Positions 19,048-28,247 of a DNA stretch of 64,000 nucleotides are shown piece after piece. Location of the stretch: assembly GCA_964416765.1 (NCBI GenBank), contig CAYQEU010000001.1:65675-129674 (forward strand), in the 5' to 3' direction. A program made the translations under genes and the position numbers. The first letter of the stretch is position 1, and each line of letters starts with the position of its first letter. The DNA comes from an uncultured Candidatus Saccharibacteria bacterium. Lineage in GTDB: Bacteria; Patescibacteriota; Doudnabacteria; UBA920. The notes under the pieces are model-generated. The model ran no database searches. It saw nothing but the letters and a program-made list of their open reading frames with translations, and was not told the origin of the DNA.

Positions 19048-20298
19048 ATGGCAAAAGAAAATTACATCGTTGGTCTTGATATCGGAACCCAAAACATAAG
19101 AGTCGTCCAGGCAAAAGTGGAAGACGATGGTTCTTTGAATGTCATCGGCGCGGCCGCAGTCCCTGCATCAGGGATGCGCAAAGGCGTCATCGTTGACATT
19201 GAAGAAGCAGTGTCTTCCATATCCGCCGCTTTGGAAAAAGTGGAACGAATGACCGGTATCCCGGTAACCCGGGCCAACGTTTCTGTTGGCGGCAATCATG
19301 TCACCTGCATTGACTCCAAGGGTGTTATCGCGGTGTCACGCGCGGACGGTGAAATTACCGATAATGACGTAGTCCGCGTCATCGACGCTTCGCAGGCCAT
19401 CTCCATTCCGCCAAACAGGGAAGTGCTCCACGTTATCCCAAAAACCTTTACGCTCGACGGGCAGGTGGGAATCAAAGACCCAATTGGCATGACGGGTATC
19501 CGTCTGGAAGTGGAAACCATAATTATCCACGGCGCGTTGCCATTCCTGAAAAACTTAAACAAGACCATCACACAAACCGGCGTTGAAGTTGATCACCAGG
19601 TCTTGTCGCCGTTGGCCGCCGCAACCTCCAGCCTGAACAAGCGCCAAAAGGAATTGGGCGTGGCTTTGGTTGACCTAGGCGCGGGCACCACCAGTATTGC
19701 CGTCTACGAAGAAAACAATTTGATCCACACGGCGGTCTTGCCGATAGGCGCGATGCACATTACCAACGACATAGCGATTGGCCTGCGCTGTACCATTGAT
19801 ACCGCGGAAAAAGTTAAACTCGAATATGGCAGTGCTGAACTCAATGACATTGACCGCCACGAGCAAATTGACCTAAACAAGTTTGACCCGGAAGAAACCG
19901 AGCGCGTGGCCCGCACCATGATTGTCGAAATTATCGAGGCTCGTCTGGAAGAAATTTTTGAACACATAACCAAAGAACTGAAAAAGATTGAGCGGGACGG
20001 CAAACTGCCAGCCGGCATAGTATTGACCGGCGGGGGAAGCCTCTTGCCGGGGCTGGCTGACTACGCCAAAAAGCACCTGCGCTTGCCGGTGCAAATTGGC
20101 CAGCCTCAGGAACTGAAATCAATAATTGACCAGGTCCAGGAACCGTCGTTCGCGACCGTTACCGGCCTTGCTTTATGGGACACCAGTACGTACTCCGAAG
20201 GGGGAATTGCGGGTAATTTAAGCGGTAAATTGTCCGGGTTGATGGAAAACCAAAACATGGTAAAATTAAGAAAGTTATTTAAATCTTTCTTACCGTAA
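19048..20298 (+). CDS. ftsA: Cell division protein FtsA
   Basis: It has the actin-fold motifs (VGLDIGTQNIRVV, DLGAGTTSIAVYE, LTGGGSLLPGL). It is adjacent to ftsZ. Confidence 0.9.
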   Translation: MAKENYIVGLDIGTQNIRVVQAKVEDDGSLNVIGAAAVPASGMRKGVIVDIEEAVSSISAALEKVERMTGIPVTRANVSVGGNHVTCIDSKGVIAVSRADGEITDNDVVRVIDASQAISIPPNREVLHVIPKTFTLDGQVGIKDPIGMTGIRLEVETIIIHGALPFLKNLNKTITQTGVEVDHQVLSPLAAATSSLNKRQKELGVALVDLGAGTTSIAVYEENNLIHTAVLPIGAMHITNDIAIGLRCTIDTAEKVKLEYGSAELNDIDRHEQIDLNKFDPEETERVARTMIVEIIEARLEEIFEHITKELKKIERDGKLPAGIVLTGGGSLLPGLADYAKKHLRLPVQIGQPQELKSIIDQVQEPSFATVTGLALWDTSTYSEGGIAGNLSGKLSGLMENQNMVKLRKLFKSFLP

Positions 20299-20311
20299 AC
20301 AGCACTAAATC

Positions 20312-21484
20312 ATGAAGAAAACCCCCATGGAAGTTAAACCCAAAATTGAAACTTTTGCTCGAATTAAGGTACTAGGTATCGGCGGTTCCGGAACCAACGT
20401 GGTAAACCGCATGACCCAGCTCGGCATCAGAGGCGTCGAGTTTATTTCGGTTAACACGGACGCACAGGCTCTGCACAACAACGCCGCTGACAAGAAAGTC
20501 CATATCGGCAAAAGCATTACCAAGGGTTTGGGATCCGGTATGAACCCGGAACTTGGCCGTCAGGCTGCTGAAGAAAGCCAGGAAGAAATTGAAGAAGTTA
20601 TTACCAATGCCGACATGGTGTTCATTACCTGCGGGCTTGGCGGCGGCACCGGTACCGGTGCTGCACCGATTGTTGCTGAACTTGCGAAGAACCGTGGCAT
20701 CCTCACCATTGCCGTTGTCACCAAACCGTTCACTTTTGAAGGCAGTAAGCGCCGCGAAGTTGCCGATGCCGGTTACGACAACCTGAAAGACAAAGTAGAC
20801 GCTATTATTTCCATACACAACGACCGCATTTTGCAGATCATCGACAAAAAGACTTCTTTGCTCGACGCGTTTAAGACCGTCGATGAAGTAGTCCGCCAGG
20901 GTATCTCCGGCATTTCCGATTTGATTACCACCCACGGTATTGTTAACGCCGACTTTGCTGACATCCGTACCATAATGCAGGATGCCGGTACCGCTTTGAT
21001 GGGTATTGGCCGGGCCGGGGGAGAAACCCGCGCCGCCGATGCCGCGAAGGCCGCTATCAATTCTCCTTTGTTGGAGATGACCATCGATGGCGCCAAAGGC
21101 GTATTGTTCAACATTACCGGCGGTAAGGAATTGGGCATGTTTGAAATCGACGAAGCCGCCAAGGTTATTACTAAGAGTATTGACCCAGACGCCAAGGTTA
21201 AGTTTGGTGCCGTAATTGATGAAGCCCTCGGCGATGAAATCCGCATTACTGTTATTGCCACCGGGTTTGATGAGGGTAACCGCCGCGCCGCTCCAATGCA
21301 CTACGCTCCGGCTGAAGAAGTACCGTTGCCACAGGCTCCTACTCCGGTTGAACCGCCAAAAGTAGAAGTCCGCAAGCCGCTCTTTACTCCAAAGCCCATG
21401 GAAGCAGTACACGCTCAGCCCCGGGAAGAAGAAGATAACGACGAACTTGATATCCCAGCGTTTATCCGCAAGAAAATGAAATAG
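20312..21484 (+). CDS. ftsZ: Cell division protein FtsZ
   Basis: The tubulin signature GGGTGTG and the blocks [12 protein letters not shown] and NTDAQAL are present. The C-terminal tail is DIPAFIRKK. Confidence 0.95.
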   Translation: MKKTPMEVKPKIETFARIKVLGIGGSGTNVVNRMTQLGIRGVEFISVNTDAQALHNNAADKKVHIGKSITKGLGSGMNPELGRQAAEESQEEIEEVITNADMVFITCGLGGGTGTGAAPIVAELAKNRGILTIAVVTKPFTFEGSKRREVADAGYDNLKDKVDAIISIHNDRILQIIDKKTSLLDAFKTVDEVVRQGISGISDLITTHGIVNADFADIRTIMQDAGTALMGIGRAGGETRAADAAKAAINSPLLEMTIDGAKGVLFNITGGKELGMFEIDEAAKVITKSIDPDAKVKFGAVIDEALGDEIRITVIATGFDEGNRRAAPMHYAPAEEVPLPQAPTPVEPPKVEVRKPLFTPKPMEAVHAQPREEEDNDELDIPAFIRKKMK

Positions 21485-21487
21485 TTT

Positions 21488-21516
21488 AAAACCGCCCATG
21501 AGTGGGCGGTTTTTAA
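21488..21516 (+). terminator. Rho-independent terminator after ftsZ
   Basis: The sequence AAACCGCCCAtgagTGGGCGGTTTttaatttt. Confidence 0.8.
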
Positions 21517-21578
21517 TTTTGACACCGGACCGTCTGGTCGTTATAATCGTATATCACAACTGCGAGGAGGGCAGGATT

Positions 21579-22082
21579 ATGTATTCTCACTATTATATAT
21601 GGGTGCTGCTGTCCATTCTGTCATTTTGGCTGGTATGCAGGGCGTTGGCGTATTGGAGTCACTGGAATTCGCTGATCAAGGCGCTGGACATTACTGTTTT
21701 GGAAAAGTACGGTTTGAGCTTCAAGGAGCAGAAGCAATTGTGCCATGACCGGTACTGGCGGGATGAGCGCCTGCTCAGGCACCGTGTGCTGGGCGCTTTA
21801 AAAACCGAACAGATGCGCGACTCGATGCGCGTGGAAGTCGAGAGGGGATTAAGCTCTGCGGGATTCAAATTTACCGCTGAGGGGCATGTCTTCATCTTCA
21901 ACTTTCGCGAAGTCCATAACATGTACGTTATAACCGACTTCGTGGTAGAGCTGTTGGCGCTCCCTCAAGACCTTTCTTTGGACCTGGCGCGCTTTAACGA
22001 CGCTCAAGCCAACCCCATAATGCGGAAAATACTGGAAGAAAAGCGGCAAGCCGCAACCCAACCCTTAAGACCGGAAGCTTAA
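21579..22082 (+). CDS. Hypothetical protein with N-terminal TM helix
   Basis: The start is taken at the internal Met, preceded by the RBS gaggagg. The annotated upstream start at 21498 lies inside the ftsZ terminator. There is no recognisable domain. Confidence 0.5.
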   Translation: MYSHYYIWVLLSILSFWLVCRALAYWSHWNSLIKALDITVLEKYGLSFKEQKQLCHDRYWRDERLLRHRVLGALKTEQMRDSMRVEVERGLSSAGFKFTAEGHVFIFNFREVHNMYVITDFVVELLALPQDLSLDLARFNDAQANPIMRKILEEKRQAATQPLRPEA

Positions 22083-22180
22083 CGCTCCCGGTCTTAAAAA
22101 TGCCCTAATGAGGGCAACGGTGTGTGGATAACCCGGACCCAAAAATAGCCAAAATCACAAACTCCTCATAAACACGCGGG

Positions 22181-22209
22181 ATTGACGTAATACTAGATAT
22201 GGTATATAA
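22181..22209 (+). promoter_or_regulatory. Consensus sigma70-type promoter for nrdR-nrdJ (TTGACG-17-TATAAT)
   Basis: ttgacg at 22181-22186, a 17-nt spacer, and tataat at 22204-22209. Confidence 0.7.
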
Positions 22210-22236
22210 TATTAGGGTGAGATACTATATATAGTA
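22189..22236 (+). promoter_or_regulatory. Pair of NrdR boxes (operator) overlapping the promoter
   Basis: Box 2 at 22221-22236 is a perfect 16-bp palindrome ATACTATATATAGTAT matching the NrdR-box core (c)TATATATA(g). Box 1 at 22189-22204 is ATACTAGATATGGTAT and matches at 12 of 16 palindromic positions. The centres are 32 bp (three helical turns) apart. Confidence 0.65.
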
Positions 22237-22339
22237 TTTTTACAGGGGTAAGCCATTTACCCAAAGAAACCAAAATAAACCCTAAGTTTTAATAGGTTTC
22301 CCCAATTTTTTCGATAAATCATAAATATCGCCTTCTTTA

Positions 22340-22786
22340 ATGCGCTGTCCAAATTGCCAAAACGCTGATACTAAAGTCCTTGATTCCCGCCCCGTTGAAG
22401 AGGGCTCCGCCATCCGCCGGCGCCGCGAATGCGATAAATGCAGTTTCCGCTTCTCGACCTACGAGGAAATCGAAATTTTGGACCTTACAGTCATCAAGCA
22501 TGACGGAACACGCCAGCCTTATTCCAGGGAAAAGCTGGAAAGGGGAATCCAGAGGGCCTTCGAAAAACGACCCCATACGGATGACACCTTCAAAAAGATC
22601 ATTTCCGCGGTTGAACAGGATATCCAGAAAAAGGCGGCCAGCGGGGAAATCCAGAGTACAGATATAGGGGAGTTTGTGATGAAAAGGATCAAGAAGATCG
22701 ACAAGGTGGCATATATCCGGTTCGCCAGTGTCTACAGGCAGTTCGAAGACGTAGACGAATTCAAAGAAGCAATCCAAAAATTATAA
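22340..22786 (+). CDS. nrdR: Transcriptional repressor NrdR
   Basis: MRCPNCQNADTKVLDSRPVEEGSAIRRRRECDKCSFRFSTYE is the NrdR zinc ribbon. It is followed by the ATP-cone. Confidence 0.9.
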   Translation: MRCPNCQNADTKVLDSRPVEEGSAIRRRRECDKCSFRFSTYEEIEILDLTVIKHDGTRQPYSREKLERGIQRAFEKRPHTDDTFKKIISAVEQDIQKKAASGEIQSTDIGEFVMKRIKKIDKVAYIRFASVYRQFEDVDEFKEAIQKL

Positions 22787-22814
22787 ACCAACCAATAATT
22801 AATTAGGAAACAAA

Positions 22815-25493
22815 ATGTCGCAAATCCACGAAAATCTGCAAACCCGGCAGAAGAACGCCCTCTCCGAATTGGGAGAAAAAATCTTTTTAGACCGTTATGC
22901 TATTAAAGACGCCAAGAAGGAAACTTTGGCGGTGGGCGATACCGTCGTGGTATGCGTTAATCTTAAAACCGGCCAGCGCGAAATCGGCACCGTTGAATCC
23001 ATGGACACCGGCAAAAAAGAAGTCCAGGTTAAACTCCGCGATGGCAGTGTTGAATCCCACAAGATTGAAAACGTGGACAAACCGGTTGAAACCGTGCCGG
23101 AGCAGATGTTCGACCGTATTGCCAAGCACATTTCCAGCGTGGAAGCGACTTCGGAAAAACAGCACGAGTGGGAAGAAAAATTCCGTGGCGTCATGGAAGA
23201 CTGGAAGTATGTCCCAGCGGGACGCATCTACACCGGTTCGGGTACCGGCCAAAATTTAACTTTTTATAACTGTTACGTAATTCCGTCTCCTAAGGATTCC
23301 CGCGGCGGCATCATCGATACGCTGCGCCAAATGGCGGAAATTATGTCCCGGGGCGGCGGCGTTGGCATCAACGTTTCCTCTTTGCGCCCGCGTTACGCTT
23401 ACGTCAAAGGCGTAAATGGCCGTTCTTCCGGATCTGTTTCCTGGGCCTCCCTTTACTCTTTTGTTACCGGTTTGATTGAACAGGGCGGTTCCCGCCGTGG
23501 CGCTTTGATGCTCATTTTGAATGTTTGGCACCCTGATGTAGTGGATTTCATCAATGCCAAAAAGGAAGCTGGTAAGATTACCAACGCCAATATTTCCGTT
23601 GGTGTCACTGACGATTTCATGGAAGCCGTAAAGGCTGACAAAGACTGGGATTTGGTATTCCCTGACACTTCCGACCCGCTTTACGCCGAAAACTGGAATG
23701 GTGACCTGAAAGCGTGGAAAGAAATGGGCGGCAACGTTATAGTCCATAAGACCGTTCCAGCCCGTGAGATTTGGGACAATATTATTTCTTCGGCCTGGTC
23801 CAGCGCCGAACCCGGCGTTTACTTTATCGACCGCGCCAACTACTACTCTAATTCCCACTACTACGCCCAGTTAATGTGCACCAACCCTTGTGGGGAACAG
23901 CCGCTTCCTGCTTGGGGTGTATGTAACCTCGGCCACGTTAACTTGTCCCGCCATTTGACCGCGGAAGGCAATGACGTTGACTGGAATGGCTTGAAGACCA
24001 CTGTCCAGTACGCTGTCCGCTTCCAGGACAATGTTATTGACGCCACTCCTTACTTCTTCGAAGAAAACAAAACCCAGCAGCTTTCTGAACGCCGCATTGG
24101 CATGGGTACTATTGGGCTCGCTGAAATGCTTATCAAACTCGGCATCCGCTACGGCAGCGAAGAGGCTGTCCAGTTTATCGACAAACTTTACCAATTCATC
24201 GCTGTTACCGCCTACGAAACATCCGTAGAACTCGCCCGTGAAAAAGGCGCTTTCCCTCGCTTCAAGGCTGATAAGTTTTTGGAATCCGGTTTCATGAAGA
24301 ATATGCCGGAATACATTCGCGGCATGGTTGCGGAACACGGTATCCGTAACGTTACCATTTTGACCCAGGCCCCGACCGGTACTGTTGGTACCATGGTTGG
24401 CACCTCTACCGGCATTGAACCGTTCTTCTCCTGGACTTACTTCCGCAAGAGTCGTTTGGGTGTTCACCAGGAAAACATCAAACTGGCGCAAGATTGGTTA
24501 GACGCGCACCCAGGCGAAGAATTGCCGGAATACTTTGCCACCGCCATGGAGCTTTCTCCGGAAGACCACGTACGTGTCCAGGCCGCGGTACAACGCTGGA
24601 TGGACAGTGCTATTTCCAAAACCTGCAACGCCCCACAAGACTACACCATTGAACAGACCAAGAAGCTTTACGAAATGATGTATGACCTGGGCTGTAAAGG
24701 CGGCACTATTTACCGTGATGGTTCCCGTGACGAACAAGTCTTGGCTACTGACTCCAGCAAGCTCGGCAAGGACGCGGCCGAACAGGTCGCCAAGAAAGAG
24801 GGTGTCCAATCTGAGGTCCAGGAAGTCATGTCTGTCACCGGCGGCAACATCCAGTTCAAGATTGCCCCTCGTGAGCGCGCCACTGTAATGGGCGGCATGA
24901 CCTATCAGATGAAAACCGCGTATGGCAACCTGTACGTAACTATCAATGAAGATGCTAGTGGCCCGTTTGAAGTGTTTGCTTCCCTTGGCAAATCCGGCGG
25001 TTTCTTTGGCGCTCAGACCGAAGCAATTACCCGGTTGATTTCCTTGGCTCTCCGCTCCAATGTCGCGATTGAAGAAATCATTGACCAGGTTAAGGGGATT
25101 CGCGGCCCTGACGTTTCATTTGCCGATGGCCAGGCGGTTTACTCCCTGCCGGACGCAATTGGAAAAATTTTGGAAAAGCACGTTAAGCGCAATGACCAGC
25201 TCCAGCTCGATTTGGGCATCCCTGAGACCGCTCAGGACACAAACCCGGTTCCGCCGGTAAGCCCGGAGCCGCACCCTAGCGAACCTACCCAGGAACCGGT
25301 TATGGAAGCAGTTAAGGAAGCCATGGTGGGACAGGCTCCGCAAGGGGAAATGGCCATGCAGAAAGCCAAAGCGGCCAAGGTTTCCATTGCCAACCTGGGC
25401 AACGCCCCGGTCTGCGGAACCTGCGGCAGCATGCTGGTTATGGCCGAGGGTTGCATGAAGTGCGAATCCTGCGGCTACAGCAAGTGTGGCTAA
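22815..25493 (+). CDS. nrdJ: Class II (adenosylcobalamin-dependent) ribonucleotide reductase
   Basis: The protein is 892 aa with the catalytic NPCGEQ motif and the CNLG thiyl-radical Cys loop. The C-terminus has a Cys-rich zinc ribbon (CGTCGSMLVMAEGCMKCESCGYSKCG). Confidence 0.9.
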   Translation: MSQIHENLQTRQKNALSELGEKIFLDRYAIKDAKKETLAVGDTVVVCVNLKTGQREIGTVESMDTGKKEVQVKLRDGSVESHKIENVDKPVETVPEQMFDRIAKHISSVEATSEKQHEWEEKFRGVMEDWKYVPAGRIYTGSGTGQNLTFYNCYVIPSPKDSRGGIIDTLRQMAEIMSRGGGVGINVSSLRPRYAYVKGVNGRSSGSVSWASLYSFVTGLIEQGGSRRGALMLILNVWHPDVVDFINAKKEAGKITNANISVGVTDDFMEAVKADKDWDLVFPDTSDPLYAENWNGDLKAWKEMGGNVIVHKTVPAREIWDNIISSAWSSAEPGVYFIDRANYYSNSHYYAQLMCTNPCGEQPLPAWGVCNLGHVNLSRHLTAEGNDVDWNGLKTTVQYAVRFQDNVIDATPYFFEENKTQQLSERRIGMGTIGLAEMLIKLGIRYGSEEAVQFIDKLYQFIAVTAYETSVELAREKGAFPRFKADKFLESGFMKNMPEYIRGMVAEHGIRNVTILTQAPTGTVGTMVGTSTGIEPFFSWTYFRKSRLGVHQENIKLAQDWLDAHPGEELPEYFATAMELSPEDHVRVQAAVQRWMDSAISKTCNAPQDYTIEQTKKLYEMMYDLGCKGGTIYRDGSRDEQVLATDSSKLGKDAAEQVAKKEGVQSEVQEVMSVTGGNIQFKIAPRERATVMGGMTYQMKTAYGNLYVTINEDASGPFEVFASLGKSGGFFGAQTEAITRLISLALRSNVAIEEIIDQVKGIRGPDVSFADGQAVYSLPDAIGKILEKHVKRNDQLQLDLGIPETAQDTNPVPPVSPEPHPSEPTQEPVMEAVKEAMVGQAPQGEMAMQKAKAAKVSIANLGNAPVCGTCGSMLVMAEGCMKCESCGYSKCG

Positions 25494-25516
25494 CAATTTG
25501 TATTTATAAATAACAA

Positions 25517-25556
25517 AGCCGCGTATAAAGGTTGGAATACGCGGCTTATGTTTTAC
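25517..25556. terminator. Bidirectional terminator (nrdJ on the plus strand; 167-aa gene on the minus strand)
   Basis: A perfect 11-bp stem AAGCCGCGTAT...ATACGCGGCTT with a 9-nt loop, followed by tgtttt. Confidence 0.75.
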
Positions 25557-25572
25557 CGAAATTGAATGAGGG

Positions 25573-26076
25573 TTAAGGGACTATGAGCCTGACTTGCTCA
25601 GTGCTCAGGACGAGAGTATTGCCACTCTCAAGGCGAATCCGTAGGCGAAGGACAACTTCCTTGCTGGTGACCACCTTGGATTGGTAGGAGTTGGTGTGGG
25701 CGGGGTGCCCGGAACCTCCCCGATAATATGAACGGGTAGATTGCCCGGCAGTCGTGGGGCCAAGAATCCCCACTACGGCTACTTCGCGACCGGCGTAAGG
25801 CTTGCCCTTCTTGTCGGCGGCGCGAGTGCGGATGATGATGACCTTGCGGTCCATGTAACGCCGGTGCGTTTCGTGGTAAATTTTAACCCGGTTAGGTTTG
25901 CACCACTGCTTGTTGGTCGGGTTAAGAAACTCCGCGAGAATTTTGCGCTCATCAGTTTTGCAAATTCCCGGATCCATCAAGTGAAAGCGTTCAAAAAAAT
26001 CGCTTTCCTCAGTGCGGCTCGTTGCCGCTCCATTTCCGGAAGCATCGGATTCAATGCTCCTTTTATCATTCAACAT
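25573..26076 (-). CDS. Hypothetical protein (167 aa)
   Basis: An RBS gaggagg lies 11 nt upstream of the ATG. The gene ends at the bidirectional terminator. There is no recognisable domain. An overlapping plus-strand ORF at 25741-26082 is judged less likely. Confidence 0.5.
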   Translation of the reverse strand: MLNDKRSIESDASGNGAATSRTEESDFFERFHLMDPGICKTDERKILAEFLNPTNKQWCKPNRVKIYHETHRRYMDRKVIIIRTRAADKKGKPYAGREVAVVGILGPTTAGQSTRSYYRGGSGHPAHTNSYQSKVVTSKEVVLRLRIRLESGNTLVLSTEQVRLIVP

Positions 26077-26122
26077 TATTAAGAAAGTCCTCCTCAGACA
26101 GTGTAGTTAGACAAATATTACC

Positions 26123-26746
26123 ATGCCATTTACCAAAAAGAAAACCACCAAAGAAGAGATTGCCCAAAAAGGCTTAGTCTTGGTTAATATTGGGGCGGGC
26201 AAAGGCAAGACTACGGCGGCCTTTGGTTCGGCCATACGCGCTTCCGGCGCCGGGCTAAATGTGTTTGTGCTGCAGTTCGTTAAGGCGGCGAAACCAAAAG
26301 AGGGGCGCGAGCTTCAGCCGGGGGAGTGGCCACTTTCCAGTGAAGTCCAGTTTTTGAATGACATAAAAATTCCGCGGGGAATGGGGCGAATTGACTGCGA
26401 ACAGGTGGGTGCCGGGTTTGTTGGCATACTTGGCGACCGCAAAGAGAAGGAGCAACACATGCGTGAAGCTCTCCGTGGCCTGGAAATGGCGCGCAAAGTC
26501 CTGGCAGGGAAGGAATATGATTTAATAATCCTTGATGAGATTCTGTCGGCGGTAGATTTGGAACTCCTAACTGAACAAGACATTATTGATTTGATACAGG
26601 CGAAACCATACGACACTCATGTCATAATGACCGGGCACGAGAAGTATCCCAAGATTTTTAAGCTTTGCGACACCGTTACGGAAATGAAGATGGTGAAGCA
26701 CGCCTACTACAATGGGGTATTAGCCCAGTTTGGGATTGACTACTAA
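26123..26746 (+). CDS. cobO: Cob(I)yrinic acid a,c-diamide / corrinoid adenosyltransferase (CobO/BtuR/CobA family)
   Basis: The P-loop-like region LVLVNIGAGKGKTTAAFG and the overall 207-aa CobA/BtuR architecture are present. It is adjacent to the B12-dependent nrdJ. Confidence 0.8.
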   Translation: MPFTKKKTTKEEIAQKGLVLVNIGAGKGKTTAAFGSAIRASGAGLNVFVLQFVKAAKPKEGRELQPGEWPLSSEVQFLNDIKIPRGMGRIDCEQVGAGFVGILGDRKEKEQHMREALRGLEMARKVLAGKEYDLIILDEILSAVDLELLTEQDIIDLIQAKPYDTHVIMTGHEKYPKIFKLCDTVTEMKMVKHAYYNGVLAQFGIDY

Positions 26747-26764
26747 CCCAAATTATGCTATAAT
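26736..26764 (+). promoter_or_regulatory. Promoter for the hisS leader (TTGACT-17-TATAAT with extended TG)
   Basis: ttgact at 26736-26741 (inside the cobO 3' end), a 17-nt spacer, and tgcTATAAT at 26756-26764. Confidence 0.55.
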
Positions 26765-26774
26765 TAAGGCAGAT

Positions 26775-26825
26775 ATGAAAAACATCAATATTTACAACCA
26801 GAACCATCATCACCCTCTTGGCTAA
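26775..26825 (+). promoter_or_regulatory. His-codon-rich leader peptide ORF (MKNINIYNQNHHHPLG), putative attenuator leader of hisS
   Basis: The 16-codon ORF has three consecutive His codons (cat cat cac at 26805-26813) just before a duplicated CCTCTTGG segment (26814-26821 and 26860-26867). The AAGAGG at 26824-26829 can pair with either copy. The second copy sits in a terminator hairpin. Confidence 0.55.
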
Positions 26826-26856
26826 GAGGTTGTTCTTGTTGTATTTATTTACACCG

Positions 26857-26880
26857 CAGCCTCTTGGGGCTGTTTTTTGT
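26857..26880 (+). terminator. Attenuator/terminator hairpin between the leader peptide and hisS
   Basis: CAGCCtcttggGGCTG followed by TTTTTTG. It lies 36 nt upstream of the hisS start. Confidence 0.6.
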
Positions 26881-26915
26881 TTGGCCGCTTAACTGATACA
26901 ATTAATTAGAAGTAT

Positions 26916-28208
26916 ATGACTGAAAAAATCGAACCGCGATTGCTTAAGGGCTTTCGCGACTACAACACTACTGAACAAGCCGCGCGGCAGGAAATGTTCC
27001 GGAAGATCCAGGACACCTTCGAGTCGTTTGGCTTTGCTCCGCTTTCCACCCCTGTGCTGGAGTACAAAGACATTCTCATGGGGAAATATGGGGAAGACGA
27101 AAAGCTGATTTATGCTTTTAAGGATAATGGCGATCGCGATGTGGCCATGCGATATGACCTGACCGTGCCTTTGGCGCGTTACGTGGCTCAGAACATCAAC
27201 CAATTAACCCTGCCGTTCAAACGTTACCAGATCGCGCCAGTCTGGCGCGCGGATAACCCGCAGCGAGGAAGACTCCGCGAGTTCTACCAGTGCGACGTGG
27301 ACAGTGTTGGGGCCGTGGGCGCGTTAAGCGACGCTGAAGTAGTTGCCTGCGTGTGCAAAGCCATTGAAGCTGTTGGCATTACCGGATATAAGATAAAGAT
27401 TAACGACCGGGGATTGTTTGAAATCATTTCCAAGTCTTACCTTAAGGGCAGCGACGAAGAAATACAGGTGATGCGCGCCATGGACAAGACTGACAAAATT
27501 GGCCGCGAGGGTGTGGTAAATCTGTTGAAAGAAAAAGGGGTGTCCGGTGAGGCCATGAAGTTTGCCGAGTTGCTGCTGGAGACAGGAACCGGAAACGGCG
27601 CGTTGGATAAATTGGAACAGGCCGTGCCCGGCGCGTCCGAGCGTATTAAGGAATTTCGTAAGCTGGTTAGCCTGATTGCCGCGCAGGGAATTGACGCTGA
27701 CAAAATTGTGTTTGACCCGTCATGCGTCAGGGGGCTCGACTATTACACCGGCATGGTTTGTGAAATCGTGTTGAAAGATAACCCGGAGTTTGGTTCCATT
27801 GCCGGAGGCGGCCGCTATGATGGGCTGCTGGAAACCTTTTCCACCACTTCCGTTCCTGCGGTTGGCGTGAGCATAGGGGTGGACCGTTTGTTCGAAGCTA
27901 TGGAAAGTTTGGGACTTATTAAACAGAGCGGCGCTGTAAAAGCTATGATTTTGAACCTGGATGAGGAATTAGTCGCAGATTACGTGGCCCTGGCCAAAAC
28001 CCTGCGTGAAAGCGGAATTTCCGCTGAAGTTTATTTCCAATCCGCCAAGCTCGACAAGCAATTTAAGTACGCGGAAACCCGCGGCGCTAAATTTGCCATT
28101 ATTATGGGTTCGGAAGAAAAAACGGCGGGGACAGTACAGGTAAAAAATCTGGAGACGCGCGAGCAGAACATGGTGAAAGTTGAAGAATTGTCAGGTACGC
28201 TAACCTAG
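26916..28208 (+). CDS. hisS: Histidyl-tRNA synthetase
   Basis: Class II motif 2 is RLREFYQCDVD. The His-binding block is AGGGRYDGL. There is a C-terminal anticodon-binding domain. The protein is 430 aa. Confidence 0.9.
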   Translation: MTEKIEPRLLKGFRDYNTTEQAARQEMFRKIQDTFESFGFAPLSTPVLEYKDILMGKYGEDEKLIYAFKDNGDRDVAMRYDLTVPLARYVAQNINQLTLPFKRYQIAPVWRADNPQRGRLREFYQCDVDSVGAVGALSDAEVVACVCKAIEAVGITGYKIKINDRGLFEIISKSYLKGSDEEIQVMRAMDKTDKIGREGVVNLLKEKGVSGEAMKFAELLLETGTGNGALDKLEQAVPGASERIKEFRKLVSLIAAQGIDADKIVFDPSCVRGLDYYTGMVCEIVLKDNPEFGSIAGGGRYDGLLETFSTTSVPAVGVSIGVDRLFEAMESLGLIKQSGAVKAMILNLDEELVADYVALAKTLRESGISAEVYFQSAKLDKQFKYAETRGAKFAIIMGSEEKTAGTVQVKNLETREQNMVKVEELSGTLT

Positions 28209-28247
28209 TTTAGGAAATATTGAACTGGCTTGTGGTAGGCTCTAGCC

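Noticed and set aside
20372-21499. 375-aa minus-strand ORF antisense to ftsZ
   Set aside because: It overlaps the highly conserved ftsZ and has no independent support.
21498-21578. Annotated start of the 194-aa ORF immediately after ftsZ
   Set aside because: The first 27 codons lie inside and just after the ftsZ terminator hairpin. An RBS-preceded internal Met at 21579 is the more plausible start.
22066-22121. Hairpins TTAAGACCGG...CCGGTCTTAA and GCCCTaatgAGGGC after the hypothetical gene
   Set aside because: They are followed by A-runs rather than T-runs on the coding strand. Their terminator function is unclear, so they are not called.
25741-26082. 113-aa plus-strand ORF between nrdJ and cobO
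   Set aside because: It overlaps the minus-strand 167-aa ORF, which has a proper RBS and shares the bidirectional terminator. Only one of the two is likely real.
26747-26915. Possible T-box riboswitch upstream of hisS
   Set aside because: The leader is only about 170 nt and lacks the conserved T-box sequence (AATTAGGGTGGTACCGCG-like). The His-codon leader-peptide model fits the observed duplicated segment better.
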